Shown one piece after another: positions 14,078 through 27,629 of a DNA stretch of 64,000 nucleotides. The translations under genes were made by a program, and so were the position numbers. Below the pieces are notes generated by a model, which worked only from the letters and a program-made list of their open reading frames with translations, searched no databases and had not been told where the DNA came from. Where the stretch lies: NCBI GenBank assembly GCA_022813865.1, contig JALDZX010000001.1:62001-126000 (forward strand), written 5' to 3'. Numbering within the stretch: the stretch's first letter is position 1; every line of letters begins with the position of its first letter. This stretch comes from Xylographa opegraphella. Lineage: Eukaryota.

Positions 14078-14688
14078 ACACTCAATTGTCAATTTCATGA
14101 ACGAGCATGGAGGGCTACCGTCATAAAATCTGGAGTTAGTAACAAACTCAGTAAAATATCGGAAGTTTACGTAGATACTGCATGTTTGCCTCGGAGGAAT
14201 TCTCGCTTGTTCACGGACTTCAAGCACTCAAGCTTAAAGAATCACAAAACAGCTCGGGTCATGACATCTATTCAGCCAGATGATCCGCAAAGCTCTACTG
14301 TTTCCCTACTGTATCCCAAACTTCCAGTAACACTAGCAACTCATTCTCCAGCAGTCCCGTTCAGGAATAACCACTTTACCTCAATTCGGGGCAGTGAAGC
14401 CTAAATATTATACGGTGCTACATGGGAGCTTCTGCGGGAATCTGTCGAACCAATATTGAGGACGGCAGAGGCCTCCAATGCTCTTCTGGTTGCAGGGCGT
14501 CACTTGAGCTTTCTGTTTGGCGATAATCAAATCACCACAACGAAGCCCTCGAGTCTCGAGTACCGCTACCGGCCTCCCTCCATTATCTACATTTTACTTC
14601 GTCTTAGCCCATATTCAATTAGTAAATCTCCTCATACCATCAGCTTCAATCAACGGCCCCTTAGACATTTGGTAAATAGGTTGGCGAG

Positions 14689-17208
14689 ATGGGCAGGAAA
14701 TACTCTGCCGCAGAACTCATACACTTGCGCGATTCTCCTCTTATATGCAAGCCCACGAATCTGCCCCCTACAGAGCAATGGATGGGGTATGACACAGATC
14801 TCTTGAGAGTGTATGGGGCTAAGGATATATATAGACCACCACAAGAACAGCACCAGAGGAAACCTCCGATGAATAGAGCAAAGACCGAAGACCCATCGAC
14901 ATACAGTGAGATATCTGGGCCGAGACCTTCTCTTCATGAGACTAGACACATGTCACGAGCTTCGAACACTGGTCTGTTACGCCTGCGAGCATAGCGGTAC
15001 TTGAAGCTAACATGAGATCATTGTGAGGTAGTTCCCAGTGAGATTATTCTAGGTCCTCCCAAGACTGCATTTGCGTCTGCATCTTCTACGCGAAACCATC
15101 CAAAGACCTTCGACTCCCCCCACCGAAGTACCTTCGGACCTTACAATGGCGATTCCACACGGGCGGATTCATACGGTTCGAGGGAGAGGCCAAGCAGAGA
15201 TGGCAGCAAGCCAGAAGGAGAGGAGCACAAGCTGAGGGAGCCAAGGTCAGGAGCCAATTTCGGGCGAAATGCTACGAGAGAAGATGGGGACACATGGTCA
15301 GGTCTGCGATCTGGCAAGAATCTTTCTATGGACGAAACCGACCGTTCCTATCGGAGAAACGGTGACCACACGAAAGGCGAGCATGGAGACAGCAGACGGC
15401 CACACCGAGGATTTGAAAATCACCGTCGTGAAATTAAAGGCGAAGGTGATGATTTGGGAACACCGAAACGACCTAGTAATGGACGTGGGAGTCGGCCATC
15501 CTGGTACCGAGACGATGATGCTGCAGAAGGTCAGTCATTGGAAAATGCTAAGGATACAACGAAAAGAGGGGATTGGCGGGACAATGACAGAATAACTCGT
15601 CGTAACGGAGAGCGTGAATGGATCCGTGGTGGAAAGGTCGAGCAAGATCCGGAATGGATGCTAGAGCCGGATGTTGAAGACAAGAAGCAGACGCGTACAG
15701 CGGAGGATATTGAGCAGTGGAAAGCCAGTATGAAAGCCGCCAGGAATGCTACAGATACTGCAACACCAACCACAATAGCTGCAACCAAGCATGACACAAT
15801 ATCGACCCCGGGACCAAAGCTCGATACACCGCTGGGACTCGATTCATCTTTTGACAAGTTCTTTGGGCTCTGGCACGAGCCTTTAACAGGATATGAAGCT
15901 TCGACTGGTCAGAGCAGAGATGATCAACTGCGGCCAGATACGGGGAAATTGAATCCTCCTAAATCGTCACGATTCACCGGATTTTTCAGCCCGAAGCCAG
16001 AAATGAACTCTCAGGCACCGGCACCGGCAGCACCAACAGCACCTGTATCGCTCGCCTCTGCGGAGGCTGTTTCGTCAAATGAAGACAAAGAAGGCTTCCA
16101 GAGGATCCTACAGATGCTCGGAGGGGGCAATATGTTGCAAAGCCCGGCCCTACATCCCCCAATCAACCAGCCACCCACTGGCGGTCAAACTTTGAATACA
16201 CAGCTGTTGAAGACTTTCCGTGACGGTGCACCTCGGCCACCTCGAAACACAAAGACGCCGCCAACCCTTCAGCCTACCACTACAGCATCAGCGTCGCCTC
16301 CCATCCTTTCACCTCGCTCGCGGAGATCCATAACCATAGACAACTTACTTGGACCAAACCCACAATCCGCGAAGGAAGTAGCCCCTCCGCAGAACAGCGA
16401 GAGCGAATTTCTTCTCAGCTTGATGCGCCCCAAGGGCGCGGATCCCAAGCAGACTATTCCGAATAACCCGAGAACATCCGTCAGCAGTGCACCGGGCATT
16501 CTGCCACACCTGAATCTAATGAACCAGCAAATGAACCAGTCTCACTATCCCTACTCGTTGTCCGAACCCACTACTCAACACGTCTTTTACGACGACGCTG
16601 CTGCCGAGAGAAGCGAATCTCGCGACAAATTAAACCCAAACGCCTCCCGCCGCACTCAGCGCGGCTCCGTCCCTAAGCCATTTCACGATTTGAGCGACCC
16701 TCTCGATCAGCCGCCCTCAAACCGCCAGAACCAATTCCTTCCGCCTTCGGCCTTTACTCTCCCTCCCGGCCTCCAACGGCCGCCTGGCTTCGACCATCTC
16801 CCTCAAGGCTACGCCTCTACGCTCCAGTCTCAACGTGCCAGCATGGTCGCCCCTCCACCGGGATTCCTCGCGCAACCGATTCAAAACCCAAACTTGATTC
16901 GTAGCCCCAACCATTTCCCCCCGGGACTGATTCGCAACCTCGGGAACGTCAATAATGCTGCTGAAAGAGGCGCTGCCCCGTTCGGTATGCGTCAGATGGG
17001 CTCCGGTCCGGATGGCCCACCTCCCCCGCCAGGGTTCATGCCTATGGGCGGACCTCAAGCGCCCGGGTTTCCGCCGCTGCAGGACGAAAGCGGGAGAATG
17101 ATGTTTGGCGGCGGCGTGCCGAGAGAGATGGAAATGTTTGGCGAAATGGGAGGATTTGGCAATGGCGGCGGGGGCGGTGCCACGGGCAGGGGGGGTTTCG
17201 GACGGTAG
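14689..17208 (+). CDS. Low-complexity protein with an N-terminal eIF4E-binding motif; 4E-T/Eap1-like
   Basis: Three exons (introns at about 14787-14834 and 14972-15031). YSAAELI matches YxxxxL-phi. Also contains DPEWM, SSRFTGFF, several PPG[F/L] motifs and an RGG C-terminus. Confidence 0.7.
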
Positions 17209-18361
17209 ATATTGAAAGGGGATGGACTGCTAAGCGGTAGAAGGGCGCAGCATGGCCGTCGAAAGGTCAGAGTCGCATGATGGGAGAAGGCGATGTGTGT
17301 TGTGCTCTGCTGAGCAGCAAGAATCAAGACAATGCTCAGCATACATCCATCCCTCCCTTTTCGCCGGGTCAACCCATCGTCTCGGACCTGCAGCCGTTTC
17401 AACCCGTGAATTTCTTTCCGGCTGACCTTGTCGTGTTACATGCTCTACCTTAGTCTAGATACTGCCCCCTCCCATCTTGTACATCGTAGGCGCAATACAT
17501 ACGTCCGCTAGTGGAGCCGGTGTTCTCTCCCGCATGAGCCATGGCCCAATATTCAGCCACAGTACACAGAGTAGCTCGGCCAAGCTCTCGAAGGAAGGTG
17601 AACTGCATGCCTCTAACCTCCTTTCTCGCCTTCCTCGGGCTCGCTGCGTCAAGCAGTTCTTGGCCAGTGACGTCACTCAATATTTCCTTCCTTCCGCCGG
17701 ACGTCCTTCTTCTGCACCTTCTCCTGCCGCTCGGCACAATTGGCTTTGGTCTTGAGATGGATAAGGTAGGCTAGGTAGGTATGGCTGATTTCCACCCGGT
17801 AGCTACCACTATGGTGGCACTGGCGCCTTAGGTACCTACTACCATCCGTTCACCAACCATATCCCGTCAAGGTGCTATGGGGCAAGCCGCTCGCCTATGG
17901 TGTTTGTCCGAGCAAGGTTCGAGAGGTTCGAGTGTGCTTGCCCATCCGTGTACTCCGGCCTTCTGTGAGTGTGATGAATAATGTGTAGCTCTTTTGTTTG
18001 ATCTGCAGACCTACAGGTACCGTCATTCTATCGAATTGCGGGTCTTATCATCTTATTATAATACTGGTAATTGTTTGTGAACACACCAAAGACATGTACC
18101 GGCTCCCTCTGACTTCTGCATCGCTCCTGGCGCTACTCGAGATTCTTTATCAGCGTTGGCCGATACGCTGGTGTCCCGCCGTTTCTTTTAGCCGTTTTGT
18201 ATTCTATCTCCTTACCTGATCCTACTTAAAGTGTTCCTCGTTCTGCGTCCAAGGAGACTGGATCTTCGTTGCATATAGCTCGATTTTGCTCGACGTAAAT
18301 ATTTTCTTTCCATTTGTGTTCCTGCAATTTCTTGATCGGCTCGATTTTGTTCAATTGTGAA

Positions 18362-19529
18362 ATGAAAGAGAATACTAGTGTCAGGTAAGGTGTCGCTCTG
18401 TGAGCGATGACAGAAAACCCCCTTGACTAACAGCGATGATGCCTAGAGCTGACGACGTCAAGCCTGTTTATCCGTTCCCGAATCAGGTAAGGGTCTCATA
18501 AGATTTTTGTTTCGTTTGTTCGGTCACTGAAAGTCTTCCCAGTCAACTCTAGAAAGCAGGCGACTTGGTATGAGGTGGTCGTGTGTATTGCCGACGCCGA
18601 CATCTGACTACGTCACACCTAGATGCTCAGCATGAAGTGTTCAAGCTCAGATTAGGTGCTTCGTACAAAGCACCCATACTCGAGACATCAAAACGAGTTC
18701 TCGATCTCGGTTGCGGTACAGGTATCTGGTCTCGGGAATTCGCAGCTACGCATCCTTCCGCCCAAGTGATTGGAGTGGACCTATCTCCTCCTGATGAGAG
18801 GTCTATTCAAAGTGAAACGCCCAGTAACTGCACGTTTATCAAAGCCAACTTCGAGGATGACTGGGAGTTTGCAATAGGCGAAGAGCCATTTGATTTTATC
18901 TATGCACGTATGTTGATGGCTGGAGTCCATAACTGGCCGCGTCTATTTCAGCAGTGCTACGAGCACCTTAGTCCAGGTGGTTATCTTGAGGTCTTCGAAG
19001 GACTCTTTGAAATGCGTGCTGAAGACGGAAGTGGACCAGACGATTCGCCTGGCATTCGCTGGTTCGCGTTAGGTGCGAAATATTTGACCGACAACGGTAT
19101 GAAGTGGGACAGAGCTAGAGATCTACTTGGACAGCTGCGTGAGGCTGGCTTCAATATCGTCGAGGACATACCCAAGAAGATGAAGCTTTATCCTGACGAC
19201 GCGGATCCTGAAGCGGAAAGGGAACGAATCAGTGCACAATATTTGAATGACATGAACGACATCGTGAAGAATATGACGGTCAAGGTATGCCAGGATGCTT
19301 CATCAACGCTGACTCTGGAAGAGGGGCGACTGCTGGCTGAGGAGGCCACACGGGATCTGACTGAAAACTGCAAACGTCGAGGCTATCATACCACACTGTA
19401 AGTACTTTCCTGATTTGAGGACTGAGAAAGGCGGCTGACTTTGCGTGAAGTTATGTTCGGGTGGCACAGAAGCCACAAAATAGTCAGATAAGTTATGCAA
19501 AGATTTATCATCACTTTCCACTAACATGA
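18362..19529 (+). CDS. Class I SAM-dependent methyltransferase, LaeA-like family
   Basis: Three short 5' exons (MKENTSVR/ADDVKPVYPFPNQ/STLESRRL) lead into DAQH. Motif I VLDLGCGTGIW, then VIGVDLSP, FDFIYAR and LSPGGYLE. Last exon YVRVAQKP... ends at TGA 19527-19529. Confidence 0.88.
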
Positions 19530-20141
19530 TGCACAGAACATTGGTATCATCCTTGATCGAAAGCGTAGCCCAAATCTGGAAAAGAATATGGTAGCCCGCC
19601 CATTACAGAAGTCTGTTGATATCCGCGAATGCTCGCCTGTCTCATTTCTTGCTGAGATATTTGCGGGTATTAGATGGAGCAAATCGAATGTTCATCTATC
19701 GTGCTCTTCAATATTCCACATATTCAACATCAACCAAATGTGGGGAACTCATGCCCAGCTTCCGTGTGGCGGCAGTGCACCGAACCTTTGGAGCCTTCTG
19801 CGCAGACTATATCGCATCTCACTCATTGCAGGATAACATGCTACATCACGACCGTCGGACCATCGGCACAACGTTACAGACTGCACTGATAACATCTACA
19901 AGATTTCGTTCCAGAACTGCTGAGAAACTAAATAGTGCATCCCTTACGAAAACTCAAGCTCGATATCAAATAACAAGAGTCTTTCACGTTTCAAGTCTAC
20001 CTCTTATCTATTCTTGTAGGATATCGGTTGTTACCATGTCAAAGCAAAGTTAGACTGTGTACGCAATGTCGCGTTGAAAAGGAAACTGTCACACGAAACG
20101 TCTTTCTTTACAGAAGGTCGGAGTTCGCCACCTGCACTCTC

Positions 20142-22196
20142 TCATCTCTGCAGCACTTTTGTGACCTTGAACCGAAGACCTTTCCCCGATTTGTCCGGCT
20201 CCCCTGCAATATGTGCCCAAGTGTGGTCAATATCTCGCTCTCGTACGGTATCGTAGAGCTCAAAATCGAATTGCCGGAACATACGTGCAAGCCCGATATG
20301 CAGCTCGGCGTTGGCAAAACTGAAGAACGCCAATCGATTAGTACCATAGGCCTCCAAATATCGAGGACTTCAAGCATAGACTTACTGCATTCCGAGACAA
20401 CCACGACGGCCTGCAGCAAAAGGCATGAAGATGTGTTTCATGGCTGCCACCTTCTCCTCTGACTGGAGCCAGCGCTCTGGAGAAAATACAGTCGGGTTGG
20501 GGAAATAAGCAATATCGTAGGAGTTACGCGTCGGTGTCATGGAAACTCGAGTCTACAATACACCTCAGTTGATCAGTGATGATGGATCATTGGGCCGGCT
20601 GATCGAAGCCAGGGGGAAAAATATGAAAATTGAACATACGCCTGCAGGAATAATCCAGTCCTGGAACTGTAGAGACTCTTCTGTGGGAATGAGGCTGAGT
20701 CGATGATCGGTGACCTTTCCAATACGGAGCGCTTCTTTGATGATGGAGTTCTGGGAGAGCAGTGCAAGTTAGGATCCAACATGCCACCTCGGTGCCGTCA
20801 TTAGTGATTTGCACTTACCAACCACGGTAGTCCCTCCAGCGTCCTCAACTCAATGACGCTGTGTGGATGCGGCATTACTGTTTCAAGCTCTTTTCTCAGT
20901 CGGGTCTGAATATCCTTGTTGGCGAGCACGTGATAGACCGCAATCCCCATTGTTCGGGCTGTTGTATCGCTGCCAGCCAGCAGGACTTCGAAGCCTTCGT
21001 GTGCCATACGCTCGGGCCGTTTCTCTTCTTCCGGAAGGCTGCTGGCCAGTATTGCGTGGTAGAGGCTGTAATAGTTCCGCTTCTCGCCGTCACTCTGGAC
21101 CCCCTGCAACTTCTCAAGGCGCTGCGTGGCTTCATGCTCCTGTCGACTTTTGTCCGCCAACCTGATCATTTCCTACGGCATTTGAAGCCAGGCGTTAGCA
21201 ATTCAACCTTATGAACTGTATTCGAAACAGCATTCGGCAGCATAGCCAGAGAATAGACTTACGACATGGACGGTCAGCAGTGTTGCCAAAGGAGTGTAAA
21301 TATACCAAAAAGGACCTATTGGTAATTCCAAAGCCACGGGAATGATCCACTCAAATTGTTTCAGAATCGGATAGAATCTCGCAAAGGCCTTGAAGACGCG
21401 ATCGAATGCCATGGCCCGCTGAGGATCATCAAGCAAGTTCAAGCACTCGCCGAATGCACAGCTTCTTAGGGTGTCATTCGACCAGCCAAGGAAGGTAGCC
21501 CGCCCATTTACAGCTCTGTTCATTTGATAATGCTTCTGAAACACATCACACATGTACCCTGCACGTTCCCATATCCTGGCCTGCATTTCTGTGACTGCAT
21601 TCTTGGAGAAGTATGAGCTCACTGGAACCCGGCGACGGCGGTGCATGGTATGAGATACAGTGCCGAATGCTGCAGATCTACATCAGCCATGATACTATGA
21701 CTGTAGATTCGATCAAGGCATACTTCCATCCGCGGTCCCAGCTGCATGAGCAAGAGACGGGTCTTTGTCACGTTTCTGCTATATGTCAGCGTCACCCATG
21801 TGAACAGCTCGGGGAGCCACAGCATACATGTCCAGGCCCAGCGTAGAGGACGTGGGACCATTGTGAGTCCCTGACATGGACCTCATCCGGCGTAACACGG
21901 ACAATGGGACCTGAAGCAATGAACAAAGTGAGTTGGACTTCTTTTGTGTAGCATAATGCTCTTGGTAATCACGGACCGTAGAAGTCATGCATCTCCTCAA
22001 CTTGGTTCATATAAGTCCCGCCTTGGCCTGCAAAGACATCTTGGAGACATTCCCACCAAGCTGTAGCGGCGGCGATCTTTGGACCCGGGAAACGAGCCAG
22101 CGGGTGGAAGTAGAGACGATAGATCACCAATGCTGCATTGTACAAGAAGAGGGCCAAAGTAATCCACCCAGCTGTTACGAGAGAGATGATCGCCAT
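20142..22196 (-). CDS. Cytochrome P450 monooxygenase (trichodiene-oxygenase/CYP58-clan-like), about 8 exons
   Basis: N-terminal TM anchor followed by [16 protein letters not shown]-helix AGSDTT, K-helix KEALR, FSPERW and heme motif [10 protein letters not shown] (about 20392-20425). Exons I checked join in frame. Confidence 0.93.
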
Positions 22197-24014
22197 CGTG
22201 GAGCCCCTCCGACGAGATGGTACTCAAAGAACAGAGTATACGGCCCATCGACGAAAGCCATTCCTCTACACCTTCTTCTCCGACTTCTTCTGCACCATCT
22301 TCCATTCTACTTCTGGTGCATCTCCCGCAGACAGGGACCTAGAGTATGGCCTGCAGGCGGTGGGGTATGCATGTGCATCGTCTGTCGTGCGTACAGTACG
22401 GGCCTCAATACCAATTTTACGATTAGTCCGCTGCACGTCTGCAGAACCGCCGGGAATGTCTGCCTCCAGTGAGAGTGGGACCTGACCCTTCTCCAGCAGC
22501 AGCTTAGCCAGCGCTCCTTGCAGTAGGGCGCATTTGGGAGACAACCACCACCGGTTTTCTCGTCCTTCCTATGGCGAGTCACTATCTCATTATCGTATAT
22601 TGTGCATGACACCTATCGCTCGAATTCCTACTCTTCTGCACAGGGAACAAGGAGCGTTCACAACCTTCGGGACTAAATCAGGGCCGGACACACACACACA
22701 CACTTCCTCTCCCTCTCCACCGAACGTGCCGCTTCGAACTCTCCGACTGGTCCGCCGCTCTGGTTCGCAATGACGAGATCCTCGACGGACCCTCCTGCTA
22801 CGAAGAACTCGCTGGCAGGAGTCCGAAAGTCAATTGACCACTACGCCCGCACATCCCACGACAAAAGTCAATTTCCCACTCCAGCTTACGCTGTCAAAGT
22901 CGCTAGCCAGCCCCATCGCTCTGGCTGACTACTTCCTTGACCTGCCTTCGTGCCATCCGAAACCCGCTTTCTCAGACCGTGCTATGGACTGCCCACGTGT
23001 ACCCGCACCCCTCCCTGCCCCCTGTCTACAGTGATACCGAGGCCATTCATTGCCTGTGCAGCGGCCCTCCTCACCACTCCTCATCGCTACTATCGCCAAC
23101 GGCGACCCACTCCCGAGCAGCGCCCCCGTCCCGTCTCTTGACGACTCGGCTCGGCGCTGACAGCCTGCTGACAGCGGCAGTTGTCGGCTGGCTCGGACGT
23201 ACATATGTATGGCTGGGTGCTCCGCTGACAGCTTCGGTGGATGTCCTTCCCACCATCGCGCGATTTGAGACCCCGATGCGCAAGGCACCGTGTTCCCGTA
23301 GATATGCCTCGTAAACAAGAGTAATTAGGGGCGAATTTGCGAGCGCGCAACTAGGCGTAATGCAAATAGCTATAATCACAAATTCGATGATTTCCAGCCG
23401 TAGGAAAACCCGCTCGCTGGGTATCAACACCGCCACCCGCAGTAGCAGTAGAAGCCATATACCTGACCAAGCTTCCAGCACCGTAGGAAAACCCCCCTTT
23501 CCCAAGAAAGTACATCTCAACAACCCACCCACTTCAGACTGTCCATACCCATTCATCCATCCACCATATATATTACTCCAACCCCTATATATCTCCCCAG
23601 CAACGGAAGAAAAAAAAAACTCCCCCACGCGTAGATCTGTCATTTGTAGAAAGTTATATATATACAATGTTCCATCCCGAGAAATTTTTTTCACCCATCC
23701 AACAGAACCCCAAACCGTACAAAAAGCCCGCCCGGGTTATTTCTGCGCTTTTGCGTCACGCCGGACAGGAAGGGGAACGAGCCGTGGCTCGCTGCGTGCC
23801 GCCGGCCCAGGCTCGCGAACGACGCGAGGGGTGGATTTGCGGGGTTGGGGATGGGAGGATGGAGGATGGGAAGTGAGACGTGGCCAGACCACGCCACAAC
23901 ACAGCTACCGTATCGTATCGTACCGAAGGGCCAGAGCAGACGGACAGCAGAAGATATCGACACACCACACCCGCCCCCACCCACCGCGCCTCCGTTCCTT
24001 TCGCGCAAGAGAGC

Positions 24015-25416
24015 CTACGCCATATCGCCCGCATAAACCGCCTTCCCATGATCCCTACCGTGCCCAAACCCCTCGGGACTATCGGCGTCCCTCCCGCCCA
24101 CGGGCTCATGGCTGACGGTGATATCGTGCGTCATCTTGATGCCGTCGGCGGTAACCATCGCCTCCTGGCTAGTGTTGCGGGAGCCCAGCTTGCGGAACGC
24201 GTCGGCGTGCGGGCCGTCGCCGCCGGCGCCGTCGTCGCCGCGGGAGCTGTGGGCGGTGAATTTGCGGCGGGAGAAGACGGGCCCGGAGAAGAGGCTGTGG
24301 TCGGAGCGGTGGTGCTGCGTCAGGCGGGAGGCGGAGAGGCGGAGGAGGGGCCAGAGTGGGGCGACGGAGGAGGCGATGAGGACGATCCACATTTCGGTCA
24401 TGCCCCAGATCATGAGGGGGGCGATTTCGTCTGTTGGGGGGTGTTAGTGCCGTGGCGGTGGTTGGCGAGGGGTGGGGGATTGGGGTTAGGGGGCCTTACA
24501 GGTCGCGTCGGGGGAGATTTCGAGCCGGTTGAATTGGGCTGTCTTGACGAGGCTGCAGATGGCGGTGAAGACGCCGAGGCCCATCAGGAAGCAGAGGATG
24601 ATTTTGAGCCGGAGCTGGATCTGCAGGTTGTAGATGATGAAAACGGGGTATAGGGCGAGCAGGAGATCGGTCGCTGCGCCCCAGGCTGTAGGAAGCGATG
24701 CGATAGTCAGTGTCTGGGGGCATTTGGAATAGTAGTACAGTGATAGGAGACGAACCTCCAGTGATTTCCGCCCAGATGATTCCGCGGTTGATGCCGGAGC
24801 AGTCGGCGTTCAGAGCCATGTTCCACAAACCGGCGGTGGGAGTGCACTGGGTGAAAATGAGAGGCACCGTCACGATGTAGCAAATGAACTGAATGTCGAG
24901 TCAGCGGGTCTGCGCTTTGTTTGACGGGGTTTCCACAGGTCTCCTGACATTGCCGCCGACGAATACTAAGAGAGCCCAGCGTCCATATCCATGCGTACGT
25001 CGTTGCACATCAAGGATGTAGCACATCGCAGAAAGCTTTGCAAAGCCTACGGAAAATGAAATCGTGCATGCAGCAATCCATTCGTAGAGCAACGAATCCG
25101 CCAAGTAAGGATCTGTGGCCACGATCGAGAGATGGTTTCCGAGACCATCGAGGGCTGCCATAACGTAAAGAATGACGCTGGGAACACCGAGGGCCTACAG
25201 ATCGTAAGCTCTTCCGCCAGCAAGATATCCAATTTGTGGGGTCCATACATAAGCCACGCAGGCCCATATGAGGGCCCATCCGCCTGACCGCTTGACAATC
25301 GTGAAATGCGTATATATACGGAGGCTCACGAGGATGGTACCGATACAGAACAGAGTGCAAGAAACTCCCGCAATGGCTGGTCCCAGACCACCGTAGTACT
25401 GGAACCGGGACGACAT
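24015..25416 (-). CDS. PTH11-like / fungal rhodopsin-domain 7-TM integral membrane protein without CFEM
   Basis: Spliced segments VSLRIYTH, GLGNH, SVGFAKLS, FTQCTP..LW, ATDLLLALYP, IWGMTEMWIVLIASSVAPLWPL and a cytoplasmic tail. Confidence 0.82.
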
Positions 25417-27629
25417 GCTGGCGATGGTGCCCTAAAAGAGTGTCTGTTGATGGAAAAGCAACGTGGAGTACAAGTCACAGCGAGCAGACGTCAAAATATT
25501 AAACATGAGTTCAGGAGATGTCACTGCACTTGGTACCTACCTTAGAATGGTTCAACTGCCACCCGTCGGCGTGTGCAGTCAGTCCCTGCAACACCATTCA
25601 TGCAACGAGGCACACCTCTTCGGACGGTATTATGCTTCCATCAGGCACAGCACTCGCACTATTCGTTCCGGCTTCTCTCGGTTCGGTAACGGCAGGAAGG
25701 ACGCCAAATCCCAGAGCCGGGAATAGACGCGTAGAGTGGAATTCGAGGAGATTCAAACCCGCGAGGCTGCCGTAAGAAGTCAGATTTCATTACCAATCGA
25801 GCCTCTGTAGCTGTGGAGTTGTCCACATCCGCACATTTGTCTACAAAATCAGTGATAGAGCCACGCGACGAAGGATGGCATGACCCCCACATCTTTCGAT
25901 TAGCACGGCCAAAAATAACGACACCACTCTACACGAAGCAGGTTAGTACCGGTTTTAGCAAGGCTATCTCGGATTTCGCCCCTGTTATTGGGACAATTTG
26001 CCTACACGTCTACTGCAAAATAGCATGGAACGCTGTACCAACTTGTTCTCTAAGAACTCAAATTACACAACAACGTGCGATAAGAAGCAGCTTGCAGGAT
26101 TTCAAAACATGAACCAAAGTAACGGAAAACCTCAGTGGCTTGCCTATATCCAGCGTCACTGGAAGCGGGATGGACGTGCCAATTTCTGGCGAGCACGTCA
26201 CGCCACGGCGGGAACGATTGGCTGATCGACCTGCAGATGCGGGTCTGGGTTGTCACACAACATGAATCCCCACGCTCAGCGGTTCCTGATCCGCATTTCT
26301 GCTTCCTTTAGGATTCTATCCAGTGGGCCACCTTGGGCCCACAACAACGGTCCTGCAGACTCTCTTAATTCTTAAATGGACGTCTTGTCTACAGCAGTGT
26401 TACCAAGAGGCGATTGCAGAATTATTGCCAGCGAGTCTGCCCAAGGAATGGGATAATTCGTGCGCCAAAGCGTTGAACTCCATACTGTAAGACGACTCGA
26501 ATACTCCGTCCTGCCGTCCACTACGAAGTTAGCGGCGCTCGTAAGCGTCGCTAACTGTAGCATTAAGGATAGTGAGTGGTATGGCTTCTTTTGGTGCCCA
26601 AACTCCGTGCCTAGCTGTTGATGTTGTCATGCCGCATGCAGCTTCGATGCAACCCTGTTCGGCTTTAGGATTGCAATTTGGATTATTTGTGCCTGCCCCT
26701 CCTATCGGGAGAAGTCTACTACTGCCTCGTTGTAATCGTTTGGAACGATCGACCGTCGGATCCGCACGATAGTCCATTTGCATCCGTACCACGGTTCTCT
26801 GCTGATTGATAGAATAACATGCCGTGTGTTCACAACTCAGCAGATCCAATATTGCTCCATGCACCAGTCATTTCCCTGCGGACACGAAGGCCCAGAACGT
26901 CCAGAATGACTGAGCAAAATAGCGTGTACCAGCTTCTGTCATGTCGATCGCAACACCAATGTCTGGGACGGTAGAGACAGCGATCGCAAGCGAGCATGAC
27001 AAGTACCTGGGAAGCGGCCTGAAATCTAGGTGTGACGGCTGGGGCCATTGGGGAGAAGACGTTAGCAGTCCGTGTGAAATCCTGGCACAACTTGGCTTGA
27101 TCCCAGCACGCCCATCTTTTAGTACAGGTACCATCTATCCCTGCTTCGGGGCTAGTAGATGGTCTTCGAGCTGGCTGGAACTTGAGCCGTCTGAGAAGAG
27201 CATTATGCAAGCGACCTCGCGCCATCCCTTCCTCATCTGCGATCCGTGCCGCTCGGCGTGGCTCCTCTCAACTATTGGGGCCAAATCGCCGTCGATGAGC
27301 CGGGGAGATCCTGGAGAGTCCTTCAGGGGGCTCTTGCTGTTATCTGACGTTTCTCATCGGAGATTGATTGGTCGGAATCGCCCGGAACGTAACGATTGCA
27401 AGGCCCCAGTTCCTGCTTCCTCAGAATCCCATGGGTGTTTTATTCGAGCTCACCCGATGCTCTATCTACGTCTGGAGCCATTCTACTTATGGTAGTGCGG
27501 GATCTGCAAAAGTGTGACTAGTCCAATATTGTGGACGTTTCTTAGCTTCTCCGAATAATACAGACATGAAGTCTCTCCAAGGAGTACTATTCGTGCTGGC
27601 GGTTGAAAACATCGAGTCGTATTGTGCAC

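Noticed and set aside
17905..17935. GGTTCGA motifs suggesting a tRNA T-loop
   Set aside because: No cloverleaf, D-arm or acceptor stem could be built.
23071..24653. Long overlapping ORFs (207-257 aa) around the PTH11-like 3' end
   Set aside because: Low-complexity, stop-poor GC-skewed DNA or antisense to the real exon; no recognisable domains.
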